The notes under the pieces: model-generated
Told to the model about the DNA's origin: nothing
Seen by the model: only the letters and a program-made list of their open reading frames with translations
Database searches by the model: none
Translations under genes and position numbers: made by a program
Source of the DNA: Moniliella sp. 'wahieum'
Lineage: Eukaryota
Direction of reading: 5' to 3'
Assembly: GCA_003971905.1 (NCBI GenBank)
Contig: RSEE01000016.1
Location: 310,001-374,000, forward strand
Length of the DNA stretch: 64,000 bases
Part shown: positions 1 through 12,328 of the stretch, piece by piece
Layout: each line of letters opens with the position of its first letter
Numbering within the stretch: the stretch's first letter is position 1

Positions 1-1132
1 TGAGCCTCAGCGGTGTGCTGGATGGGCAGCTCAGCTGGCTGGCGCCCTGCCGAGCCGCGCCTTCAGCTGCATGCACCCATGTCACATGTCAGCCTGCTTA
101 GCTTGGGCTCAGCGTGCGCGCGTGACGCTGAGCCCGCGTGACGCTGAGCCCCGGCCGCCTCAGCCCTGGCGAGCTCAGCCACTCAGTAACTCAGCGCTCC
201 GCTGGGTAGTGGCTCAGTGTTGTTAACTCGTGTTGCTGGTGTTGTGTCGGCCTGCAACCAGGTCCCAGCACCCACCAGTAACTAGTAACCCAGTCCCAGC
301 GGCATCCCAGTGCGGCCTCAGACCGCGCACCCACCCGACCCCCCAGCCCCCGCCATGCGCGCGGCGAGCGCGTCGCTGACATCATCCTCTTCCCGCCGCG
401 CATAGGCGCTGCTGCTCCCGTGGCCTGTTCTGCATTCTGCCTCGACCAACGCGCCTTCTCGTAGCAGCGCCTGGTAGGCATGGTGGATGGCCCGACGCGG
501 CAACCCTAGCCAGCACCGCAGATCATGCATCATGCATGTGCACCATGCCCCATAGCATCATGTGACTCTGTTGCGTGGCAGCGCTCTGGCTGAACGAAAT
601 GGTACCAACAACCTTTCACATTTCACCCCTCTCGCATCTCCGGCCTTTTGACGCGGCCAGCTCCTCCCTTGAAGCTTGAAGCTTGAGCCGAGGCAGCGTG
701 CCCTGCACTATCAAAAAGCACATCCCTCCCTCCAGCGCTGCAAGCGGTTGGGGCATGACCCGCGTGGGTCAAGCTGGAGATCCGAGATCTGAGAGTGTCT
801 TCCATCTACCCCATCTCAACTTCTCTGCGCGAGACAAGCAGGATTTGCCGAGGCCCCTTGTTTATTCGAACGAAAGAAAGATACATGGGGACTCAAGTGG
901 AGACAGGCAAAAGTGTGGATGGTCCACGTCGCAAAGCAAAAAATGGCAATGATGGCCCTTGGCGTATGCGGGGAGGATAGATCACGCTAGCCACTTCGCC
1001 GCTCAACTCTTAAGATCGCCCGTTAGAGAAAGGGGAGAGAGGATGGCTGTTAAAAGAGAGTCCGCGGAAGCGCCAAATGCCTGAGCTTCCCAAAGCAGCA
1101 ACAAAAGCTGCATCGCGCATGGCGCTCAGGGA

Positions 1133-1831
1133 TCAGGCCTTTGGCGGCGGGGCGTATCCAGCAGGAGGATAGCCCTGCGGCGCACCATACGGCCCTCCGG
1201 GCCCGCCGTACCCCCCCGCGCCGGCTAGAGGGGGAGTGAAAGATCCGCCTGCATCGGCGCGCCATTGGCAGATCCCACAGACCCAGATGTCGTGAGATTT
1301 GAATGGCTGCAGAGCAAACAAGGGGGTCAGCAATTGCGGTTTCTCGAAAAAGACACCACGTACGATCAAAGGAACCCAGCAGAGGGAGAACCATTGGCGG
1401 GTGCGAGCCGAAACAACTTGAGCATTGTGGCAACGCGGGCTGAGGATATGGGAGAGGGACAAGTCAGTATGACGCGCAAGCGAAAAAGGAATGATTAGCA
1501 AGCGCGGGGATGCATGGGACGTGGGGAGCAGAATAAGACGGACCAGACTGAGTAGTACACAAGGGACAGGAGGATCGAAACCGGGTTAGTACAACGCGAG
1601 AGGGGGGAGGAGAGGCAGCGCACCATGGGGTGTTGTATCAGTCTGCTTGAGGTGCTCATCGCAGCCAAAGATGATTGGAATGCCTGTAAACAAGAAGGGT
1701 CATCATGCATCACGACGATGGAGGTCAGCGCGTCAGCCTCAGTACCGAGTTACCATGAAGCTTGAGGCGTGCAGGTTGGAGCTGCCCCGCGACAGGTTAG
1801 CTTGCTGTTACGCACAGAAAAAGATGTCCAT
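1133..1831 (-). CDS. Small zinc-ribbon protein (zinc_ribbon_15-like; CPRC...CGIC) with Gly/Pro/Tyr-rich tail; 5 exons
   Basis: Exons 1831-1816, 1683-1624, 1547-1544, 1439-1364 and 1306-1133 (330 nt, all GT..AG introns) give MDIFFCIPIIFGCDEHLKQTDTTPHVCPRCHNAQVVSARTRQWFSLCWVPLIPFKSHDIWVCGICQW...GYAPPPKA*. Family assignment is from motif recognition. Confidence 0.8.
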
Positions 1832-2592
1832 TTCGGGGTTGGGCGATGGAGGAGGAGGAGGGAGTGGTGGTGGTGGTGGCGGCGGGGATGGCGACGGTGA
1901 AGCGAATCGGGGCACCGGGCACCCTTGGGCAGCCGATCAAAACGCCAAGCGTCTTGTCGCAGCCAACCTTGGGGTCGCTTGCTGCTTGCTCGCGCACCCG
2001 ACAGCCGGGCGAGACTGGTGCTGTGCACACGTGATGAGTCCAGGGAACGGCTGCAGGGAGCACTCTTGTTCTCTGCGCCGCATTCCGCACTGTCCCTGTC
2101 TTCCGTCCCGCCGCTCTGCACCCCAGGTCTAGGGCCAGGAGGGGCGCTACTAGCAACGCCAGCCCAGTGTACGTTCACATTTCAAGTTTGAATTTGAACG
2201 TTGAACGTTGAACGTCGGTGTTTGAATGTTTGAAATATCGTCTCCCTTGGTCCTACGCCTACTGGGCCTTGATGCATGATGGACTGGGATGATCGATGAT
2301 CGATGTGCCTGGCAGAGGCGACTCGTCCAGTCCGTCTCAGGATCCCACCTCCTACCAGCCACCCCCCACACTGCCATCGATTCCATCAAGTACTGTCTGC
2401 GGCGAAGACGCCACTATCGTACAACGCATTATACGACAGGATACCTCAGGGCACAGAATGAACGACGGTCTTTCCGCGCTCGTCCAATGAATAACCACAG
2501 AGGGAGGCATCCTACGCTCACGCCGGTGGCACAAGTGGGCACAGTCATGGGGTCCGATGGGGCTGCTGCGCAACACATGATACACGGAATGC

Positions 2593-4765
2593 CTACACGT
2601 CCGGTTGGGAAGGCATGGGCACGTCCTCTGTCTGCGTAGTCGAAACATCGACCGACCTTCTGGGCCGATGCCCGGACAGCTTGCGCGCCAGGCGATTCAC
2701 ATTTTCCGGTGCCTGCGCCGGGGCCCCATCCTCATCAATCATCGCTTCCTTGATCATCGAAATCGTAGACTCAATCGACCGCCGTCGGTTGGATGGCGAG
2801 GACATGGTCGTGCCCAGGGAGGAAGAGCGAGAGTGATGATGCGCGCCGGGAGGACGGAAAGCGGTCTTTTGTCCACTCAGGTTGGCCTTTCCGCCGGCAT
2901 TGGCAAACGAAGCAAACGGGGCCGGCTTGGCTGGCGACGCTTCCGCCTCCGTCGAGGCTGCAGCGGAAGGACGGGTGAGGAGGGCGAGGCCGAGCCGGTC
3001 GGGGAGTCAGTCAAGACACTTGGCTCTGCCGAGTCGATCGACATCATTGCTGCGTCGGGCGAGTTGGCATCAAACAGATCGGGAGGCAAGCGCTCGTTCT
3101 CAATGTCCACCTTACGCGCGTCGTCAAAGCCGCGAATGTTGTCTTTGACTTCCTCGGCACCAAGTACGAGGCTGTCGTACGGCAAGCTCGTCTCGCCTGC
3201 CGCCGACCGAAGTTCCGAAGACCGTTCGGTCTCTTCACGCAAAAGCGCGAAAACACACGGGACATGCGCCCGACCGAGAGAATTTTGTTTTTGATGGCGA
3301 CCTGACGCTCGCCATGCTCATCGACAAAGGACTCCTCGTCGTCCACCTCGACGTCTTCATCGGTTGCCGGCACACCCTCGCCTTCTTTCTTCAGTTATGA
3401 TGTCCTCCTCATCTTCCTCTTCCAGTTCCTCCTTGGAGCAAATATTGAGCAGAGAGATAAGCATGTCGGTAATCTTCTCCCGACAAAGGGGAGAGACCAC
3501 GTAAAGACATCCATAAAGTTGGGAAGCCAGTGGGGGGGGGAAGCATTGAACTGGCGAATGTTCATGACGTTGTTGTCGTACTTGAGCACAGCAGCCTTGT
3601 TGTTGTACACATCGAGGTAGTTGGGAGCCGAAAAGATCGTCATGACCGAAGGGAACCCGGTTGTCTTTGTTTTGCGATACATGCGATAGCCAGCGTCCTG
3701 CGCCTCGTGAGCTCGAATGACTGACAAAAGGTTGTTGCGCTCAAGGAACTGGCAGGTAGCAGCATAGGTAAAAAAGTAACTGCAGCCGCGGACGTGGTTG
3801 TGGAGGAAGAGGTCGTTGGTCTTTTCCGAGCCAAAATCTTCACATGGATCCGCCCAAAGGAGGTCGCACATGAGGCCATGCGTCGGCGGTTCCCGGAACG
3901 GTTCAAATCCCGCAGATCGTCCAAAGTTTGCAGTTCGGGAGACAAGCCACCATGTATGCAGAGGAATTGCTTGTTCATCAATGCGCCAAGGGGTAGGGTG
4001 CAAAATGATTCCATACACTCATCGTAGATATGCTCTGAATACTTGTGCTTGCCTGAAGAAGAAGAGTCCCATAGAAAAAAGAACATCGCAATCAGCAGCT
4101 GCGCGCAAAAGGGGCAGGAGGGAGGGGGGGGAGAGGTCAGGTGAGTGTGACGTACACTCGAGTTTGAAGGTGAAGTAGTCGGTCAGGTGGCGACACTCAT
4201 GGTTCCCGCGCAACAGGAACACCGATTCGGGGTAGCACATCTTAAGGGCCCACAGGTACAATACACACTCGATGGAGAAGTAGCCACGATCGACGTAATC
4301 GCCCAAGAACAAATACCTGTTCTCGGCTGGGTCACCTCCGACTTCAAACAACTTCATCAAATCGTAGTACTGCCCATGAATGTCGCCGCAGACAGTGATG
4401 GGTGCGTCAACTTCGAGCAGATTAGGCTCGGTGCGGAGGAACTCAGTGGCACCATGAATGATAAAAAGTGCCTGCTCGTCGGTCAGACGCCCTTCGCGGT
4501 AAAGGTGGTTCTTGAGGAAAGCCAAGTCGGGCTTGGTGTGCTCAGGGTCAGCATAAAATTGCTCGTCGGTGGGTAGGTGAAAGGCAGGCGCTTGAACATC
4601 CTTGACAACACGCTCTTGGGTGGAGACCTCGGTGCCATCGTCGAGGACGTGGACAGTGAAGTCAATCTCGGGCTTGGGCAGTTCGCTTTTGCGCTGGATC
4701 TCACCCAGGGCAGCGTGAAGATGCTCCTTGTGAGCCTGGGCCTGGGCCTGGTTGGAGGAGGCCAT
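2593..4765 (-). CDS. CNA1: Calcineurin catalytic A subunit (PP2B)
   Basis: GDIHGQ, GDYVDRG, LRGNHE and SAPNYLD motifs; CnB-binding [17 protein letters not shown]; calmodulin-binding [15 protein letters not shown]; autoinhibitory [16 protein letters not shown]. Intron 4155-4053. Several frameshifts. Confidence 0.95.
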
Positions 4766-6242
4766 GGTGGAAGAACAATAAGGTGGTGATGAGAGTAGGA
4801 TAGGGTGGGAGGCGTTGGCGCTGGTGTGGGTGTGGGTGCGGGTGCGGGTGTTGGTGTTAGTGTTGGCGATGATGCTAGTCTTGCTTGCTTGTCTTGGTCT
4901 TGGCCTTTGCCTTGATGTGGGTCCTGTGGTTGCCGCTATTGCTGCTGTTGGCGGTGGCTAGTGGCTACCGCCCGTCCCGGCTTGTCGCACTCAGCCTCAG
5001 CGCTGAGCCTCAGCAGTCAGCCATAGTCAGGCCTCAGGCAAAAACAGCAGGCGAGAGGCGCGTGGAGCAGCGAGCAGCAGCGGCTCTCAGTGCCGCCGTG
5101 CCAGCGCCCTACGCTTACGCCGCTATTGTGCCGTGTCGTGCGCTAGCCTGCCCAAGCTGCCACGCCCGACTGCCCCCATGCTGGATGGATCAACGCGCGG
5201 ATTCGTATTGAGCGATAGGGTTGGCGCGGGGCGATGAAATTAATGAAAGCTATTACTAGCTACTCGTTGCTGCTACGTACAACTGTGGCTACGTAACGCC
5301 GACGCGCAACGCGTAAACATACACAGCGTCGGCGAAGAAAGCGCCGCGGCCACATTGCCGGCACAAGTCACTGGTCATGTGGCTGATTATCGATCGCCTC
5401 TTTCTCTCCCGCCTCGTTTCCGACTCGCACCCGCACACCACCATTAAATATTAACACCCCATCGTCACACGACTGGCTTGGCTGCTTAGCGCTTAGCCTA
5501 AGCGCTTAAGCCACTACAAGGTGTATCACCTCAGATCTCATCTGCCTACCCATTGACCACGCAAAGGCCATGGTGTGAGTGTGCCCCCGAGGATGAGAGC
5601 CGCAACGATCAATTCCTATGTCGATCGCGCGCGGCTGATGATGAAGATAGTGGGGGCGGGGGCTCGTTGTTATCATAGTATGACTTTTTTGTACCGGCAA
5701 GCACGCTTTTTTGTTCTTTTGTGACATGCAGGACATGTACCGCAAGAAGAGAGGTCGGTTCACCCAGTGGTACTTGAACTAATACCTCCAGGAAAGCTAT
5801 ATAGCAATGGGAAAAAATGAGTGATGCAACTTCCTGATGCACACATGAGGTATTTTGCGGGAGACGAAACACCACAGCAGATTGGTTTGCTTGAGCCTTT
5901 TTGCTGGCTTTACATGATGCATGACAGGGGAATGATTGATGTCTGTCTCTTCTTTCGCCCATCTCATCACTATAGCACAGCTGGCTAATAGCATCAGCGC
6001 TCTTCGATTGGCAGACATCCGTAGTATAAGTATTGTATCAACAAACATTACCAAGAAGGGAGGAGATCATGCCGATCATGCAGCTAGTATGTGACATGAA
6101 TGCCTGCGTGGTTGCTGGGAAGATTGTCCGTTAGCGTCGAACGTTGATCAGGTGAGCATGAAACAGCAGACTGATCATCGCATAAACATATCATGCGCTC
6201 TGCTTGACCGACAGGTCTGAGTCGATTGGCAACGCCTTCTCT

Positions 6243-8314
6243 TCAGACAAGAGAGAATTTCTGTTGGTTGATAGATATGCCAACCTGGGTTGAAGACGAA
6301 GCAGCCGACGTGGGTGCCCGTTGTCCCAGAGCACCACGCACAACCTTGACGATCAAACCGCGTCCTTCCCAGGGGGGCACAACCAACACATAAAGAGTTG
6401 TAACCACCGTGCCCATCAGCAGCACCACCACCCACCCGTAGAAGAAGGCACGAGAAAAGATGTAGCGTGAGCCATACAAGGCGAAGGGAACCAGCCCCCA
6501 AGCCACAAGGAAGGTCACTGCACTAACCGCCCCTGCCAGAATGGCAAGGCGACGTAAACGGTTGTCGTCTTGAGGAGGGATATCAACATTGACCGAATCG
6601 AGCGAGTCCAACGTCAGCTTTTCCGTTAATTCGGACCAATGGAACGTATGTTTAGAAGGAAAAGCAAAAGAAATGATGGGAGAGAGAATGGCAGGGAGAC
6701 AGGCCGCGATAATGGTACCGTACAGACAAGGTGTAAGTTCACCAGCCGTGGCGACGGATACGGTCCATGTGCCACTGTAGTACGCGAGTGTGAGCCAAGA
6801 CGCCATTCCGGCAGCCACGCCACAGAGAGGAGCAATGATGGCTGCCGCTTTGGTTTGCCCCCGCCAGAGAACGGTGAGTACAAGAGGGACCATCCCAGGT
6901 GTGGTGACGATCCCCAGCATGTACAGAAGCCATGTCAAATTGAGATTGATCTTCCACAACGCAATGCTTACCCCTGTTCCTACCAGGGCAAAGAGTACCA
7001 CTCCCACATGAGTTGCAATGATCGTTTCCCTCTCCGACGCACGGGGACGTCTGTAAAAAAGAATGAAAACGAACATCAGAGAGTTAGTCAGGACAGTTGT
7101 TCCTAAAAGGTTTGCGGGGCACGGAATAGGGGAGAAAGACATACACGTAACGCATCAAGTCCTCTGCAAAAATTGTCCCCGACGCCACAAACTCAGCGCT
7201 GGTGCTCGACGTAACAGCCTGGTAGATCATCCAGAGCAATGCAAAGCAGCCTCCCTTGCCCGCGACTGGAAAAAACAGTGTAAGCCAGGGGCATTCCATT
7301 GTTGATCTCCGACTCGGTCAGGGGCCGGTCAACGGGCCAAAGAGGGGAAGCAGAGGTAGATAGTGCCACGGCGGACAGGCCCATAACTCCTCCCAAAAGG
7401 ATGGGACGGGAAAGTAAAGAAAAGAACCAAGAAGGTAAGCTGGTACCACATTTGGGGGCCCAGCGGCATAGGCTTTTTGCCAATACGAGTCATCCAGACA
7501 GACAAGTCCGGCATTGCCCAACAGGTGAACAGTAGCAAACTTGAGGGCATCCGGGGAGGTAAAGAAAGGTAGGAACCCTTTCTGTTGCCATCCACCGGTT
7601 TGATATTGGCCGCGTGTGAAACAGCTGGAAAAGGCCAACGACCGAGCCAATGGCATCGCTGGCAAGTGTTTTGGAAACAAGGTAAAGAACAATAATCAGA
7701 AGGCTGGCGGTGTGGAGGTAATCAGCAAGGAATGTGGATTTGAGCCCTCCAGTGAGGACAAAGAAAACCGTGGCAGCAGGAACTAGCCAGAGGCTGGCCA
7801 TAGTATCGATTCCTGTCAGCGCCGAGATGGTAGCTGAAGCAGCCAGTGCCATGTTGATGTAGGCAATTAGGTTGTTTGCCAAGGCAAGAATACAATAAAG
7901 AATGTGCGCCACAGTTCCATACCTGAGCCGAACCACTTGCAAGATGGTCAAAGCACTTGGGGTACGTCTCTTGGACTGGACAGCAGCCAGGGAAAAGAAA
8001 GCAATTTGGACGATACAACCAGCACCGAACCAATAGGCACCAGCAAAGCCGAAGTTGTATGTCACCACTGTTGAACCAAGTAGCGCATTGGGCCAGAGCC
8101 ATGAAGCCAACACTGCCGTTGTTGTCAAGCCCGTTCCCACACGGCGCCCGGCAACGGCAAACGTCTCAATGGAATTGTTATTTTCTCCATTGAACTTCTT
8201 GAGCCAATAGGTGCAGAGCAGCATTAGCAACGCATAACCTGCACCCAGTCCGACAAGGACACCGTACCCAGCGCCCTGAGAAAGGGGGGCAGATACTGTA
8301 TCGCTGAAGCCCAT
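6243..8314 (-). CDS. DUR3: Urea/polyamine active transporter (DUR3 family, sodium:solute symporter)
   Basis: PLSQGAGYGVLVGLG, TGLTTTAVLASWLW, GGLKSTFLADYLHT and YWQKA motifs with many TM helices. Probable intron about 7145-7051. Frameshifts. The exact paralog (DUR3 vs DUR4-like) is uncertain. Confidence 0.85.
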
Positions 8315-9694
8315 TGTACCACAACTTCAGAAACGGTGGAGGGCCTAAGCCAAGAAGATGGGCTGGGGAGAGACTATATTCTTCTCCAGGCTCCCATCGC
8401 TCGCGCGGCCTTTCATATATGGCAGGAAGGCGTCCGGTGGCAGGTGTTGGAGATCCCAAATCCCACAATCAGTAGCTGCGACTCACTCATGAAGGAGGTT
8501 AACTCGTCGCCTCCTGTTGCAGGAGGCGCCCTCCGGCCCTATCTGCCGTGCGCACGCCACCGCTTCGACCGACGTTGCTTATATCCATGGTACGGTATAA
8601 TATAGACCCTTTATTCATCAAACCTCGACCGCCCAATCCTGCGGACGGTATGGCATAGTATAGTAATAGGATAATAGTCACTTTGAACACCTCCCCGCAT
8701 GTCCAGTTCTCCGGCAGCAGCTCTTCGGAACATGTTAGTCCTACCTGTTTCTGATTGAGGGAGAGAGCGATGCGGTTATCAACGTTTCAGTAGTCGCTAT
8801 ATACATAAGCAACTGCTAACACGACGCAAGTGGGGCGTATCTCGACTTTTGTTGTGCTTTCTTTCAAGTGCATCCCTTTCATTCTGCTACTCTCTCCATC
8901 TGCCAGGTTTTTGCATCATCCGCGTCACCGTGTCTTCTCAAAGGACCCTTTTGCCTCCCTTCCCTTTTCCCGACGAAGAAATGTTGTGATGCCGCGCATC
9001 TGGCTGAGATGGAGTATGATGTCTTCTTCACAACCTCATAACCTCCCCCCCCCCCCCTTACACACATACACCCACCTGTTTCATTTGAAGTTAGTACTAC
9101 CTTCTCTCTTGAAAAGATCACCTTTTCTTTCCTCTAGGTCCTCCCAGATTTTCTCCGTCCCGTCTCGTCAGCGCATCAACCATACCTGTATCTGTGTTAT
9201 CTCCATTGTGAACATGTCTCGGGAGCCGATGCTCAACGACTCCTAAATGTGAGTTGTATATGGAGACCTCCAGGACAGAGGGATGGCATAGGGCTGCTTT
9301 TGACTCGCCTACTCAGTAAGTACTCACACTATAGTCATCTGTTACGCGTTATCCAAGCGAAGACGTGCTGGAATGGCGGAGCAAAAGGAGAAGATCTACT
9401 AAATTTCAAAAGTGTGTGCGGTCCGATGTACATGTAAAGACGCGAGGTCGGAAGCACGCCAGATGGCGGTGAAGTGATGCATGCCAGGAAGCTCTTGTTC
9501 AATCAATGCCTGAGGCGGAGGAGAAATTGACCAGTCCTTTGTTGGCGATGAACATTCTAGTAGAATGTTGCTTGACCATTGCATTAGGACGAAATGCAAG
9601 CACACCAGAGCTGGCTTCACGTAACTCAAATCTTGACGTCAAACGTGGTACTTGATAGGTGAAGAACTAATTGACGTGGGCGTGAACATCGAAT

Positions 9695-9790
9695 GGCAAT
9701 GTGCCCGAGCGGTTAAGGGGATTGATTAGAATTCTGGTTCTAACCATCAATTAGGCTCTGCCTGCACAGGTTCGAATCCTGTCATTGTCG
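9695..9790 (+). tRNA. tRNA-Ser(AGA) with ~14-nt intron
   Basis: Acceptor GGCAATG/CATTGTC, anticodon arm ATTGA-TT-AGA-A..A-TCAAT, long variable arm, GGTTCGAATCC, followed by a T-run. Confidence 0.92.
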
Positions 9791-12328
9791 ATTTTTCTCT
9801 CCGGCGCCAACGACGCGTCCTTTTTGACACCCGACGTGACTTGGCCTGTACAAAACACGCAATAGAGGTGGGAAAAAAAGCCATATATACAACAGACCGG
9901 AGAAAACGTGTCGATCTTGAGCCTTGTTTGTAAATTTTGGGAAGAGGCGCCACTGCATGTTCGTGGGGAGGAAACAAGAGCAGAGGACATGGTGCTAAGC
10001 GGAAGAACAGGGAAGAAGCGAGACACTCGGGACGAGAAGAAATTGGAAATGGGAGCGAGATCAGCCAAACTATGGCAAAAGGTGAACATATTCTGTACCC
10101 TGATGAACTGGACAGAGGTTGGACGATGAGTTATTACATGTCATCAAATACGAAGAACCGGAGGACAATGGGCGATACCGCATCGTCCCTGTGTGGAGCA
10201 AGAGGGGGGGTAAGTGGAACCGGCACACCTGGGCCAATGCCGGTGCCCTCAGAAATGGAGGGGCAGCCTTCATCTTGCTTTTGTGGCCTTGCTCATGATG
10301 TTTGTTTGCGGGCTATCCTATCCTGACTCACTACCGCCACCATTCGGACTATTTGAGGGGGCTAATATGTGGACCAGGCGGCACCAACAGATCCAGTCAA
10401 GTGGGCAGCAATCCCTGCGTCCGTATTTTTTCCCTCATCAACCCCGACACACCACCCCTGCACTCGCCTCAGTCGCGATGGCATTTTACCACCTTGCACC
10501 TCGTATTTTCGCACGAATTTGAAAGTCCGCGGGCCGCAGCTCTTACTCGGGCGATGTGTATGCATCTCTTGGTCCGCCATCTCCTCTCCCTTCGAATCCA
10601 TATCATTGACAGAGCTTAAGGCTGGGACCCTACCTTTCCCATCTATCCTCCCGTACGCTCATTTCACTGAGGTGTGGCAGAAAGCTTCGGCCTGCACCAG
10701 GGGCACCATCGCGATTATATTGCTCTACATCTCCCAGGGCTCTAGACACAAATCCTTAGTAGGTTCCTCCGGTTTCTACATCCTCTGCTCCAAGGTACCC
10801 TCTGATTGGGGCTACATATAGCGCTTGCGTAAGGCCCTACCCTCTTTCACATCGCTTCATGTAACTCTATGATCTCTTCAGAACCAACATCTTCCATTCT
10901 TCTCGTCGTTTTGACGCTACAACATTTCGCAGCTCTCTCGGGCTCCACAGGGGTGCGTCCATGAGGCTCCTGGAAGGATCGACACAATGTACCCACTGTT
11001 TTGGGTATCTCTTGAACTTCAAGCTTCAAGCTACAAGCTTCAAGCTCCATTGAACATTGTGTGACTTCTGGCGTCAAAAGCTTCTAAAGCGGATGTGAAC
11101 CTGTAACCGGTTAGTGGGGGCCATGCTCAGCGCTCAGCCTGAGCTCTGACTAATGATTGAGGCCTGATCGATGATTGGTGACCTCAGAGGCCCTGAGGGG
11201 CCTGAGAGAGCTGGGCCTGAGAACCCTGAAGAGCGCCTGAGCCTTGGAGCTTGGTGCCTGATGCTGGAGGAGAGTAACTAGTAAAACCGCGCCAAGGGTG
11301 CTGACACGCTGACGTTGGACGCCATGAGTACACTGAGGAGTGACTAGTGACTAGTGAGCACGATGATTCAAGAGCGAGCGCTAAGCGCTAGGCGGCTGTA
11401 CCCTGAATATAGAAGCTCTTCTTGGCACTTGTTAATAGGCCTTGGGTCCTTAGGCCTTACCGGCCTTACCACAGTAGGCCCTTAGATTTTAGAGACCTTG
11501 TTTAGTTAGGCCAGTTTTGAGCCACAGTTAGGCCTTAGGCCTTGAGGCGTCAGAGACACGAAGCTGGAAGTGGAAGTGCGCTCTAGCTTGTTTTCGCACG
11601 CTCCCACACGAGGCTACAGGGTGAGTTGCTGGAGCCAACGCCTACATACAAGAGCTTAATTGTTAGTCGTTTCTGGTTTGGATTGGACGTTGTTGGTATA
11701 TATTTGGTGGCCCTGTGGATGTGGTCTGCTGAGATCTGCGGGTCTGACATCGACTGAGATCTGGCGTTTGGAATGTGCAGCCAGAGAAGCCAGAGCACGG
11801 CAGCCGCCGCTTGTCAATTGCTGGTCAATATCCAAAATCCAGCCGTACCGGGCACAACGGAGGGCGCACGAGGGCGCAGGCAGCCCCAGCAGCGGCCAAG
11901 GGCGGGGCCTATAACGCGTGTCTAAGGTCCAAGGCCCAAGGCCTAAGCGCCAAGCGCTCCCTCAGGTCTGAGCCTGAGGCAGCCGCGCGCAGGAGCTTCG
12001 CGCTGAGTGCGCTCCGCAGGGCCCAGCGAGGCGCCAGTGTCCCCCTCGCATCGGTTCCCCACTCGCTGGTGATCGATGATTGGTGGCCCCATCCCAGGCG
12101 GTGGGTGCGAGGATCCCGGCGCGCTTGTTCCGAGTTTCTGAGTTCTGTTCCAAGTCCTCCCAGTCGAGGTTGAGTACGTTGAACGTTGAGTGTACTGAGT
12201 TCGGGTTGCGTTCGGCGTTCTGAGATCAGACCCCAGCGCGAGCCTGAGGCTGTCTGGCGCCAAACCCATCCGTTTGCAACCACGCACCAGAGGAGGTGCT
12301 GCTGCTGCCGCACCTCACCACCACCTCC

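Noticed and set aside
8314..9690. TPP riboswitch upstream of the urea-transporter-family gene (known for some fungal family members)
   Set aside because: No CTGAGA..ATACC plus TGATC..TAAT..CAGCG aptamer core was found by eye on the minus strand. An Rfam scan would be definitive.
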